DNA of 63,542 bases, filler included, from Bipalium vagum (Eukaryota), in NCBI GenBank assembly GCA_037834085.1. It is 3 parts of 3 records of this genome, joined end to end, with 100 filler letters (N's around TTAATTAATTAA, not from the genome) between each part and the next. Parts side by side here need not be neighbours in the genome. Positions count along the whole stretch, not along the records: positions 1 to 24,166 come from JBBMKC010202605.1; positions 24,267 to 47,575 come from JBBMKC010210484.1; 1 more part is not named here. One strand, 5' to 3'. Below are positions 15,301 to 26,604 of the stretch, piece after piece (the first letter of the stretch is position 1; every line of letters starts with the position of its first letter). The translations under genes and the position numbers were made by a program. The notes beneath the pieces are model-generated. The model ran no database searches and had not been told where the DNA came from. It was given only the letters and a program-made list of their open reading frames with translations.

Positions 15301-18300
15301 CGACAATCTACGCGTACTATTTGATGGATTCATTTCTACGTCTTTGGGAATAACTTCCAAATTTACAGTGGTGGGACATATACTGTGAGGATAATTATTG
15401 AAGTCCATGTCACCCTTGTTGAATTTTTTGAACCACTTTTGAGCAGTTCTTATTTGTCACCTTCAACTTCACATATTTTTTGCTCTGAAATCTGCTTCCA
15501 GTAATGTTTCAGAGGTGTACGGATTGCTAATTTATCAATGCTTTTTTTCTGAATAAATAAATACACACAAACTACATTTTACGTAATATAATTAAAAGTA
15601 TTTTACGCGTCTCTTTCTCAGTTTTCAAATGGTGTGCAACTTGTTAATATTTAAGCAAATAATATATTTAAAATTTGCTTTTAAAGTTTATATAGAAAAA
15701 CGCACAAACTTATGAATCAACCCAATATTTTATATTATTTATATTATATTATATTATATGTATAATATTTTTATATGGATAAGACATTTTGTTTCACTAA
15801 AGTGTATGAAACAATTACATTACAATATATCATGTTAAACGAAGGTTAAAAGGTAAATAAAACCACCTTAATTAGTCAAACAGATTTATTCATCTATTTT
15901 AGAGGAGACTCGTAACAAGACCTGAGAATTTTTTAATGATTTTAATTATTTAAAACAAAATTATTTAAGACAATAATTATTCTAAATATTAGGTTTATGT
16001 ACAATGTTGGTTTTCTCAAATTTCAGAAAAAGTTTGGTTACTGTCGAACTGGAACGTGAGGTTTTGATCTTGATTTGCCTAATGACAGTTGAAGGAGAAT
16101 TTGAATTTGCATCATAACATTGAATGATGTCAATTTATGAATAACCATGACAAAATCATCTAAAGAATCTTGTGTATTTGTCCGTAATGAATATTTCTTT
16201 TTCAATTATTCTCTCGAAAGCATAAGAACATCTTTATCTGTAAATCTTTGAAAAAAGTTTATATCTTCTATAAAGTCTCTTTTTTGTTTATTCCCAATAC
16301 TTTTAGTTTTCTTATCAATTAACCTAACAACATGACCCCCAAAATTTGTTATCAATAATTTTCCATCGAACATTCCAATGATTGTATAAATGGCTGGAGA
16401 ATTGCCATTAATTTCAAAAAATATCCAACCATAAGTGTACTCATCTTCGTTCTGTGCAAATGGTCGAAAAATGGAATCTCGTATTCAGATGTAAAAGTCC
16501 TGAAATAATGGTTACAAAATTATAAATATTCAATCTATAAATAGTATCAACGTACATTTAGGTTAGGTACTCAATGCTTTTCGTCCAGGTAAAGTAAAAT
16601 TGACTTTTTTATTCAAAAATCAATATTGATAAAAAATATATATAAAATTTCTCAAAGTATGAATTATTTCTTATTTTATATATTTTTTAAATACTTAAAA
16701 TTATTATAATAATAATTCGTGGAAATCATTGTACATATTCCCTAATTGGAAATCAATTTAATTAAGTTATCCTTTTAATGATTTTTATTATAATCAAAAT
16801 GATGTAATAAAAATAAATAAATAATATCAATATTGCAAATCAATATAAATATTATCAATGTGAAAAATTCCTATTTGTTATTTATAAATATTGAGAAAAT
16901 ATAAAAGAGCTCAAAAATTATATTAAAATTTAATATTTATATTATTATTATATTATTATTATTATTGTTGTATTTTATAATTATCAATTTCATTATTTTA
17001 TTATTATCATGTTTATTGATTTTTTCTTTTTATTATCCTTTATTATATTATCATTAATTATATTATTTATTAAATCTATCTTTTTGGTTCTATTTTATTT
17101 AATCATAATTATAAGGAGTAGTTCGAACAAGTGGTTTACTTGATTTTTTTTAAACAAGGATTTCACTCCTAGATTAACAATTCTTAAATGTTTTTAATTT
17201 AAAGTTTTTCAAAAATTATAAAGTTACGGTTTTTTAATATTAAATAAAATATTTTAAATAAATGTTAATAAATTTTTATAATGTAAATAATTTAGTTTTC
17301 AAAATCAGGTGAGGTCCATGTTTGAGAAGTTTGTTTAAGGGATCGGATTTAGTGAAATATATCATGATTGCCTTGATCTTATGTTATTATCTAAAATGAC
17401 TACACAAGAATATAACTATAATAATTTTAATGAAAAATAATATTTCAGTCGATATTTTCTCCTTATTTCTTGTTTTTATATTTTATTTATTTCCAGCTTG
17501 CTCAATATGTGATAGTGATGGAAGACAACGTCGACTCGTCCACAGACCTTCTTCATTACTTCAATGCAACGACGGCCATCGTGAAAGACGAATCAAAAAT
17601 ATTGACCGTCACTGCATCCAGTAATCAAGTGTGTTTATGTACAATGTTCAATAAAATTAATTAATTGATTAATTAATATCGCTAAAGATTAATTATTAAT
17701 TGTAATAATTAATCAATTATAAAATTGAAAATCAACAAACGTTCCGGAATTCTCTGCAATCTTAATATAATTAATAATATTTTTTTGTTTTAATGTTACC
17801 TTAATTTTGTTAATATTTTTGATTAAAATAAATAACTGAAAAATTGAAAAAGTTTACCAGACAAGAAAATGTACTTGAAAAAATAATAAAATAATATATT
17901 ACTAAATAATTATGAGAAAAAATCAGAAACCCATCCAGGAAAGTTTACCACAGACGGATATCCCTTTGAAATCCCTTGGCCTGCGTAACGCTGTCCACAC
18001 AGAGGAGAAAATCCCAGTTTGCATCAACAGAAATTAGTCTCAAGAAAAGAGTTCTGATGAGTTTTACAAGGAAATTAAAATCCATTCACAATATCAATTG
18101 AAGACATATTTTGATTAAAAGAAACGATTTCATTGTTTTACTTTCCCTTAATTACTGCGAGCGAGAGAGACGGGACTCTGTGAAATACGATCCCCTTTTA
18201 TCACTTGTTCCCATTCAAGATGGGATCAATTTTCGTCAGCTGCGAAAATTAAAATTAAATCACTCCTCTGCAAAGCAAATGTGCGTAACATTAAATTCAA

Positions 18301-19821
18301 TTTAATTTAATAATTTAATTAATATTTTTAAGGACAATTCGTGATTTTCCCAAACTTAATTATCGGGTTACCCTTTCTGTTTGTTCAATAATGATCATAT
18401 ATTCGCACAACGCGTTAATTAAAAATATTACCAATTATTTTTATCATAATATTCCGTTGTTCAAAAGAAATAATGTCGTTCTTTGTCATCGTTATTTTTA
18501 TTAGACATTATTTTAGGAATTTATCTGTTGTTTTAACGCGTTTATTATATATCATTTTAAAGCGCACATTTCAATATGAATTTGTATGAATTGAACTTTT
18601 ATTTTGGATCTCATTCGAAATAACTGCAGCATTTTATTTTTGTTTTAAATGGTTAATTTAACCTTAAATCAATATTAATTTTTAGCTTTACTTTTGTAAC
18701 TATATAGTATACTATTTAATTTTAATGAAAATGATCGCGATTAAGGTCACTGCGCACCCATAAAACTCTCCGCTACCTAAAAATATCACTCTGTAATCCT
18801 GGATTCTAAAAACATTGTATAACATAAGAAATATTAAATTCATAAATATTTCATTAACCTTGACAAAAGAAATTCAATGATATCGAAGTTCAACCTTTGT
18901 TTTAAGTTAAAATAATGTGTTTAATAATTATAGAACTTACTTTAGAAAAGAAATGATTGAGCGTAATTTTTATATATGAATTTAAACTGTCCTATAAAGA
19001 AGCGCAAGTCAGTTGTAACATCCACAGTTGGTTCGTAGAAGGTACAATAGTTTGAGAAATTACAGAATAATCGAATGTGTCTATTGAAACATCTTGGAAC
19101 TACTTGGAAGAAATTGGTAAATCAAGAAAAGCAGACAAATAGGCTTCTCATCAATTGAATGAAACACAAAAAAACCATCGAGTTGAAGTTGCATCTTCAC
19201 TCATGTTGCGCAAACAATGATGATCTCTTTTTCAACCACATTGTACCATGCGAAGAAAAGTGGAAACCTCTTGATGGAAAAAGTTTACAAACATTAGGAT
19301 GATGCAAAAAGCCTTCAACAATTTCATCGATTCCAGCCCTCAACGGGAAAAAAAATAATTTCTTGTCCAAAGGCATATTGAAGATTCTAAATGTTTCATA
19401 AAAAANNNNNNNNNNNNNNNNNNNNNNNNNNNNNNNNNNNNNNNNNNNNNNNNNNNNNNNNNNNNNNNNNNNNNNNNNNNNNNNNNNNNNNNNNNNNNNN
19501 NNNNNNNNNNNNNNNNNNNNNNNNNNNNNNNNNNNNNNNNNNNNNNNNNNNNNNNNNNTTATTTTTGTGTAACATTATTTAATTTTTTTATTTTTATATA
19601 TAATTATATAAAATTTGAAATAATAATAAATTGAAATTTTATAATAAATATTTAAAAATTAATTATAAATATTTTATTTAATATAAAAAGTAATAGTTTT
19701 AACAATATAATTTAATAATTATAAAAGGTATATGAATTTATTATATTAGTAATTTTTTATTAATACGTTTATTATTTATTTTAATAATTTATTTATTAAT
19801 ATTTATTTAATTATTAATTTG

Positions 19822-19885
<64 letters not shown>

Positions 19886-21692
19886 TTAATTATCTAATCT
19901 AATTATTATTGTCCTTTCATCATCATGGATAGAAAATGAGAAAAAACGATAATGAATTTTTTCCATCGTTTTTTCTTCTTTTCACAATATCTGTTATACA
20001 TAAATAATATTTATTTATTTATTTATTTGATTAAAAAATCTTAATAACCACAAAATCTGCTACTGACGACGCAATTCGTACGTTGGGCACTCGTGAAAGT
20101 AGCCCAGCTGACTATAATTAATTCATTAATTCGAGGCAATGTTTGGTCACTGGCCTGAGAGAAAGTTAAATGCAGAGAATAGATTTTGTCAAATATTATT
20201 AGAAATTAGAAAATTATTTGTTTGACTTAGTTAAATTAATAACTTTTGTCAAACGATTTGTTTTAGTTGACTAGAAAGTTTTCGTTTGGTGAACGACTTC
20301 ATTTTCGTCGACTCACAAAACCCTTTCTTCGATTTTAGGAAAGGATAATCTTTTTTCATTTATTTTTTTTAAAAAAAATAACATTTGTTTTAATTACAAT
20401 CATTTTTTATAAAAATATTATTTAACAATTAAAGGCATGTTTGAATAGACTGTGTTTTTAATGGAAATATTTATCCATAATTAAAAGAAGGATTTTAAAT
20501 TTTTTTATTAATTAATTATTTAATGTAAATCATTTAAACAAAAAAAAATTTAATTATTTTACGTATTTTTTATATTAATAATTTCATTTTAATTATTTAT
20601 TTATAAAATATTTTTAATGAAAAGATTTATCTGATCTGATCTTTAAGACAAATGTATTTGTCGTTTTAATTTTATAAAAAAAATATTTGTTTAAATTACA
20701 ATTTCTTTTTCTTAAGTATTTTTTATTAATTAAATGAACATTTAAATAAAATGTATTTTTAATGAAAATATATACCCATAATTAAAAGAACGATTTTTCA
20801 TTAATTAATTATTTAACATATTTCATTTAAACAAAAAATTATTGATTTTTTAATTATATTAATTTTTTTACGTGTTTTATTAATTAATAATTTTATTTTA
20901 ATTATTTATTTATGAAATATTTCTAATAAAAAGTTTAATTTGATTTGTTCTTTAAGCAAATGTATTTTTTGTTTTAAATCATTAAAATAATATTTGTTTG
21001 AATTTTTAAAAATATTGTGTAATAAATTGATGAATATTTAATAAAAATTAATTTTACTGGAAATATTTATATATAATTAAACAAACGGTTTGCAAAAAAG
21101 ATTTCTTAATTGATTTTTTAATATATATTATTTAAACAAAAAATCTTATTGATATTTACATTATATATATAATTATTTTTATGTAACTTCATAAAATAAT
21201 AATAATTTCATTTTATTTATATTTAATATAGCATATTTATATTAAAAATTTCCATTTGATTTGATCTTTAAGATAAATGTATTTTTCAAGTTAGAGTAAA
21301 ATGCTCATTAATTAAAACAAAATTTTAATTAAAGTCATCGAGAGTACTGGTTAAGGTGAAGAAAATATTTCTCCTCGTTTTGTTACAATTCATTTATATA
21401 TCGACTATCGAACATGAATGGTTGACACCCATTTATATTTTTTCTAAATTTTATGTTTTAAAACTTATTATTATTATATTATTATATTATTATATTATTA
21501 TATTATTAATAGTTTTATTTATTATTACTTTATTATTTTCTTATTCATCTCCGTGTTTTAATTTAGTACTTCTGTTCGAAGAAGTTCGAGAAGGAGACCT
21601 ATTTGAGTGAATACATTCCTGATACGACCTTCATGATAAGTCGAGACCTTTGGCAAAATGAGCTGAGCCTTTACTGGCCTGACAATATGGAA
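2437..21692 (+). CDS. POMGNT1: POMGNT1-like protein O-mannose beta-1,2-GlcNAc transferase (GT13), internal exons; 5' end lies upstream of the window
   Basis: Phase-consistent GT-AG exons 2437-2529, 7717-7850, 8895-8959, 12543-12618, 14256-14387, 17497-17628 and 21567-21692. They translate to ...ICPNWPDSDRTRARRRLCRLVEGYRSLCSC...IPIIIVGINDPHYLLRAISSLTNVEGIHPKNILIFIDENYEE...YVIVMEDNVD...MISRDLWQNELSLYWP, colinear with POMGNT1 as recalled ([71 protein letters not shown]). Confidence 0.85.
4768..5420 (+). mobile_element. pogo/Tigger-like 5' remnant (CENP-B-type HTH)
   Basis: TIR-like CAATTGAACCCGCTTAGCTTGAACA with a subterminal copy (TTAGCTTGAACA ~4969). Frameshifted peptides KKGNQMTIDIKKAMLL and TPQRNLAEEYKCS. 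Confidence 0.4.
5440..6120 (+). mobile_element. Merlin (IS1016/ISXO2-like) transposase pseudogene
   Basis: QVGQSLFRHKPKYQQSH (cf. QIDESxFxxRKYHRGR), VVENRKEDTLLPIVKNVCRRSTINISDQ*, HLKVNHS, then after a frameshift VDP…NTQAI. Confidence 0.8.
7100..7560 (-). mobile_element. mariner 5' remnant
   Basis: YKFKLKHNASETAENINIAMG and KFCDDAMSSVNKDGR…NDRLKAAVEGN match the mariner N-terminal HTH region. Confidence 0.65.
9101..10152 (+). mobile_element. Mos1-like mariner element, internally deleted and decayed
   Basis: TIRs GGGTACAAATAAATAATGC / GCATTATTTATTTGTACCC with TA flanks. Peptides KEHLREA, TCESWFHRFK, TGD*KWVYFENPKR, ILLHDNPRPH. Confidence 0.85.
10521..11030 (+). mobile_element. Tc1-like element 5' fragment (paired-type HTH of transposase)
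   Basis: ORF 10694-10990: LSQFERGRIIGMLEAGLSQSEIS…PRSGRPKITSQRNDR. Confidence 0.8.
11699..11836. mobile_element. MITE-like foldback element
   Basis: ~31-bp imperfect inverted repeats CAGTCCTTTAACCGTACTTGTTTAAATAATT / AATTATTTAACCAAATATGGATAAAGGACTG. No TA TSD. Confidence 0.55.
14487..15725 (-). mobile_element. Full-length decayed mariner (DD34D), copy 1
   Basis: TIRs TTTGGTTGATTCATAAATTCG / ACTTATGAATCAACCCAA with TA TSD. Peptides EKWIYFY, KKIMLCVWWNFEGI, HPAFSPDLAPSDY. Same family as 30261-31556. Confidence 0.92.
16038..16557 (-). pseudogene. Unidentified spliced ORF remnant, antisense within a POMGNT1-like intron
   Basis: 56-nt GT-AG intron 16555-16500 splits an ATG. A ~150-codon frame follows with one apparent frameshift and one TAA (16208-16206). 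Confidence 0.4.
18940..19350 (+). mobile_element. mariner remnant, heavily deleted
   Basis: IFIYEFKLS, HQLNETQKNHRVEVASSL, IVPCEEKW. Confidence 0.7.
20380..21287. repeat. Three diverged tandem copies of a ~300-315 bp AT-rich unit
   Basis: Anchor TG(A/T)TCTTTAAG-x-AAATGTATTT at ~20637, ~20946 and ~21262. Anchor (A/C)TG(G/A)AAATAT-x-CATAATTAAA at ~20461, ~20762 and ~21057. Confidence 0.75.
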
Positions 21693-22399
21693 GTAAGCGC
21701 TGTTTCGTTCTTGTTATGTTATCTCAAATGGTTTTCAATTCTCGTACTTTTTTATGTTTCATAATAATAACGAGTTCATTTATCCAGAGAGAATATTAAT
21801 CTGGAGTTCTTAATACAAATATTTAAAGTATTAATGTCACTATCTCGATTGCATTGATTGGTTATTGTCTACCTTTCCGAGCAGTGTTTGCCAAAGTTTC
21901 GATGACTGATTTTAGGGCACGCTTAACGGGTATTGTAAAGGTCGATGTTGCTTTCCATGCTGCATATGTTTGAAGGACATCCAACTCATTCTTCGAGATA
22001 AGCCATGTAATTTGAAAGGATTAACAGCTTATTATTTAGGTTTGCATGAATAAATCTGATAAACTGTGGTCGGCCTTCTTGAAGTAGCTAGATCATCATT
22101 AGACGTTAAGATATTTTTTTCTTTAACTAAAGAGCAAAATAAAATAATTATGAGTGTGGAAGCAACTGAAGGTCGTCGTAAATATTTTCAAATTATATTA
22201 ATCGATTCAGTTTATATTATTCGATTTATTGTCAATACACGATAGATTGAAAAGTTCGAAAAATGAAGCATAGAGAAATTTTATATAACCAAGGCATCAT
22301 GCTTATAGTAAAAATACATTATTAATATTGATTTCAAATTTCAAATCAATTGATAAAGTATTTGTTTTTCTACATCAAATTAAATTAACTGGTTTTGAC

Positions 22400-23240
22400 T
22401 ATTTAGAAAATGAACAAATTTTAAGTTCGGCTAGTGATCAAAAAAAATGGTAAAAAAATTCAACTACCCAAATTAATCAAGACATGGTAGAAACATTGAT
22501 TGATGATGACCTAACATTTACGATGATCCATACATGGGCTACGGAATTTCGACAGTGCAGTACAAGACTGGAAGATGCACCCCGTTCTGGTCGTACAAAA
22601 TCATCTAGTACTAACTAAAACAAGTAAGATTGAACCTTTGTCAAGAATGTTTGGCACGTTTTCAGAAGAATAAAAGTGGTTTTGTGTGAAGATTTGTTAG
22701 GGTTCATTACTACATCCCAGAAAGCAGAACCAAATGTAACCAGTGGAAACATTCAAACTCTTCACCTTGGTAAATCTACTTGTGGGTTATGTTATCAGTA
22801 TTTTTGAATGTTAAAGAAATTCTTATTATCTTTGAAAAAAGATGAAAGAATCAATGGAGAGAATTACGTAAAACTGTTTGATAAATTGGATACCATAATT
22901 AATGAAAAAAGACCAGGTCTTCAGAAAAAAATCAATTTTCATTAATTACAATGGCAAAAATCAATAAATTAAAGTACAAACTTCTTCAACATTCCCATAT
23001 TCATGCCATTTGGCGCCCTCTAACTTTCACATGTTTCCAGAACTGAAAATTTTTCTTGGTGGAAAACGCTTTTCCACAGCAGAGGAAGTTCATGAAGCGG
23101 TAAATAATTACTTTGGAAGCCTTTACGATATATACTTTCAAATATACCTTATTAAACTGCAACCGAGTTTTCTTAAACAATTTAAATATGAATTTGAGTA
23201 TTTTTGTTAAGTTAATAAAAGGTTACTTGAACTACCCTAA
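22400..23240 (+). mobile_element. mariner remnant
   Basis: WATEFRQCSTRLEDAPRSGR and LAPSNFHMFPELKIFLGGKRFS. Confidence 0.8.
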
Positions 23241-24089
23241 CTCATATTAAATAACCAAACACTCCCACCTTTAATGCAATAATGAATATAAAGAATGTGA
23301 AGTCTTAACCTTCCATTGCTACAAAAGTAAGAGTCTCCTAAAGTTTGAAGCATAAACAAAAGGTTCACATAGATCCAGTTGTGCACCATTCTTTATTCAT
23401 CACCGTTTCTATGTAGCTCTACTCGGAAACACGTTTCAAAATGTCCCACTTTGATTAAACAAAACAAAAACAATTTTCAACAAAAGCCATAATTTTTCCT
23501 TTCTTTTTTTAATTAATCGAATTTCTTTATTAAAACAAATTATTTAATATTAATATTTTGGATTGTGTCTCGGTGATTCTTTGTTTTTTGATCTGTCGGA
23601 GGACCAAAATAATATGGGGACGCTTTTTAATAATATTTTAGTAATACTTGTGGTAATTTTAATTTGAAACAACAACGACTAAATAGCCAAACCTCTGACC
23701 CACTTGGTTCACGTACCATTATTATAAGATGGTAAAATGATTATTAGCTCAGTCCATAAATCACAGAGCCTCAGAACCAATAAAATGGGATGAGATTCGT
23801 TATAAATTCAGTCATAAATCACCGTATACTTTAATAAATAAAATTTGCTGTTAATAAAGAAATTCTTGGGGCAGAATTTTCTCAACTGAACCGTTTCAGA
23901 ATTTCTATGTCGATAGTGACCTTCATAATGACTTCCAAAGGGTGTATTAGTTGTTCTTATAAAGGTAGATGACATCAACCAATGTCCGGTTGGTTGGGTT
24001 CCCGTTATTCAATGTTACTGACATTGTACAAATGTTAATGATTAATAATTGCTCTTGCTAATTATGTGGTTATCATAACTTAGCACTTG

Positions 24090-24141
<52 letters not shown>

Positions 24142-24166
24142 TAATAATAATAATAATAATGATAAT
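24090..24166 (+). repeat. (AAT)n microsatellite abutting a gap
   Basis: Direct reading. Similar tracts at 8615-8650, 12268-12298, 19825-19885 and 47676-47745. Confidence 0.95.
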
Positions 24167-24266
24167 NNNNNNNNNNNNNNNNNNNNNNNNNNNNNNNNNN
24201 NNNNNNNNNNTTAATTAATTAANNNNNNNNNNNNNNNNNNNNNNNNNNNNNNNNNNNNNNNNNNNN
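24167..24266. other. Artificial 100-bp scaffold spacer (44N-TTAATTAATTAA-44N); identical spacer at 47576-47675
   Basis: Identical symmetric layout occurs twice, and the 12-mer puts stops in all six frames. Confidence 0.9.
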
Positions 24267-24555
24267 ACCTCTGAGCCTAAGAGCGAGAGGATTTTTATAA
24301 ATAATATCCTTAATTAACAAAATCAAGAATCGGTCAGAATTGTCATCACTCATTGTAATTCTAATAATAATTTTGATATTAAGTTCAAATAAAAGTATTA
24401 AACCAAAAATCGTTTTCTTAATTTGTTTAATTAATAGAACACAACCTCAAGCAACCTTCAACCGTTGAGACCTAAGATACGTTTACGCTCCAACATTTAA
24501 CATCTGAATGACTGTACTCAATTCTTAATCTCCCTTTTTCTTTTCTCCTTTTCAG

Positions 24556-25445
24556 GACCTCACCGATTTGGTAGTCCTTATATAACAAACCCCACAAACC
24601 ACAAACTTGGCCGAGTGTTTATAATTTTAAAGTTGTGATTATCAGGTACATATTACGTGAGAAAAACCATAACAAGTTTATTTGTTTATCCAAAACAATA
24701 TATATCATATATAAAATAACCACTGCTACGTGTATACATGACCTTTCTGTTTGGTCTTTACATTAAAACAGAATATAAAATATAAGTTTTGAAATAATAA
24801 GTTTTGAATCATCAAAAATATTAAAAAGCTTTACTATAATATGGATAAGTTTTATTAAAATTTTGTATTGTACAACGGATAATAAAAATTATAAACTTGG
24901 AATTTTAAAATTCTAATTTTATATTCAATAATGTAGAGATTGGGATCATTTTGCTCCCCTTAAAACCTGGTGGTATCTTTGTAATCGCTTGTTACAGTTC
25001 ATGTAAACCCCGTACAAAAATCTGGTGCACATGACACATAATTTTTCTTAAAAATCCATAGAAGAAAAATAATTAATTTTAGTAAATAAATGTATTTTAA
25101 TGAAATAACTTTGTAACATTGCTTTAACAATTTTAATGAAACTTGCAATCACAAAACAAGAACAATTTAATTTTTCTTTCATCGATATATCCTTCTCTTT
25201 AATTAACAATTTCTGAATTCACACTTGGTATTTTATTTAGCAAATTTTTAAATGTAATCGATTCGATTTTATTCTAGGCTTCACATGATCATAGATCACA
25301 TGATTGAGATTTTAATATTGAGCATTTCACTTGGGTTTCTCTATTAGGTTCCTACCATAATTCGAAAACAGGAGCAAAAATTTCTATTCGCACTTTCCTC
25401 GGAAATTGGAAAATGTTCTTTATTGATGCTAGAAACAAAAGCTAA
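24556..25445 (+). CDS. Probable 3'-terminal exons of the POMGNT1-like gene (disrupted or uncertain splicing)
   Basis: Strong acceptor before 24556 and donor after 24645 (…NKPHKPQTWPSVYNFKVVIIR). Segment ~25308-25445 reads DFNIEHFTWVSLLGSYHNSKTGAKISIRTFLGNWKMFFIDARNKS*, weakly like the POMGNT1 C-terminus (DDFTTWTQLAK…LWRLFRKKNHFLVV). In-frame TAG at 24572-24574 and a frame conflict after the acceptor at 25277. Confidence 0.35.
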
Positions 25446-26604
25446 TTTCTAAAAGTCATTTCTCTATTTACCTAAAAGAAGAATAATTCATTAAATTTTT
25501 GTTTCATATTATTTCTCTTCTAATTGATAGACTCCAAGAAAATTAATTCAACTATTGACAGAACTAACAAACATAACTGTTCGTAAACAAATCCAGACTA
25601 GTTTTACTGGGTAAATTCCTTCATCTAGTTGAAAGCTACTGTAGTTCATTGGGTTAAATTTTTTCCAGTTTCTTAATAATTTTTCATGCATAAATTCTTC
25701 ACATTAATTATAATTTGAATTCTGCTTTAAACCTTTATACAATAATGCATAAAATATTTCTATCGATATCCTCATTTGAAAGTTATTTCTTCTTGCGTGT
25801 TGCAAATAACTACATTAAAGGTGAATCGAAGCTTAAATTTGGTATAAATACATATAGTACATCTTAATTTTTCTTCGTCACTGATATTAAAAATATTATA
25901 CCCCGAAAAAAACATTTAAGTAAAACTACACTTTATCTAAAATGTTTTTTTCTGTTTTGGTTACTCAATAGTATTGGAAGACTAATAAAACATTACCCTT
26001 TTCAGTCTTCTGATACCATTACGAAACCAGAAACTAAAACATTTAAGAAAAGTGGTTTTTCCAATATTTACCATCGTTAACATAAATCTAAATTATTTCC
26101 TAATATTTTGTGAGATGTTTATCAATATGAATTTCAAGTTCTGTGAAGTTTAGTATGCTTTATAAATGAAATTTGCAATTATATTTTAATTAAAATAAAT
26201 TATTTTTCTGTTTATTTTTTATATATTCCTTTTAAAGAAAGCTTTTTTAAATCTAATAATAAATAAATAATTTAAATAAATTATATATTAGACTTTTGCA
26301 CATTACAATTCCTTTTTTGTGATAAAATATATGATTTGTACAAAAATGAGATTTAATGAGTGCCATTGTATTGTAATATTAAATTATATTAAATTAACAT
26401 GGTATTATAAAAAATATCTAACTTTTAAGTTTGAAAAACCATAAGCACCTTAATAGAAGATTTTTCAATAAACTATTTTCCACTTGTAGACAATAATTTT
26501 AAAAAGGTGTATATATATAAACTATTATGAATTCAAATCTTTTTTTAGTGAATTTATTATAAAACATAGTACAATACAAAGATCAAAAAAGGTAATTAAT
26601 TATA

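Noticed and set aside
18111-18305. ORF as a POMGNT1 exon reached through a GA-AG intron
   Set aside because: The upstream frame has a stop, and the 21567-21692 exon supplies the expected next segment with canonical sites.
24211-24222. Palindromic TTAATTAATTAA inside N runs (also 47620-47631)
   Set aside because: Assembly linker with stops in all six frames, not biological.
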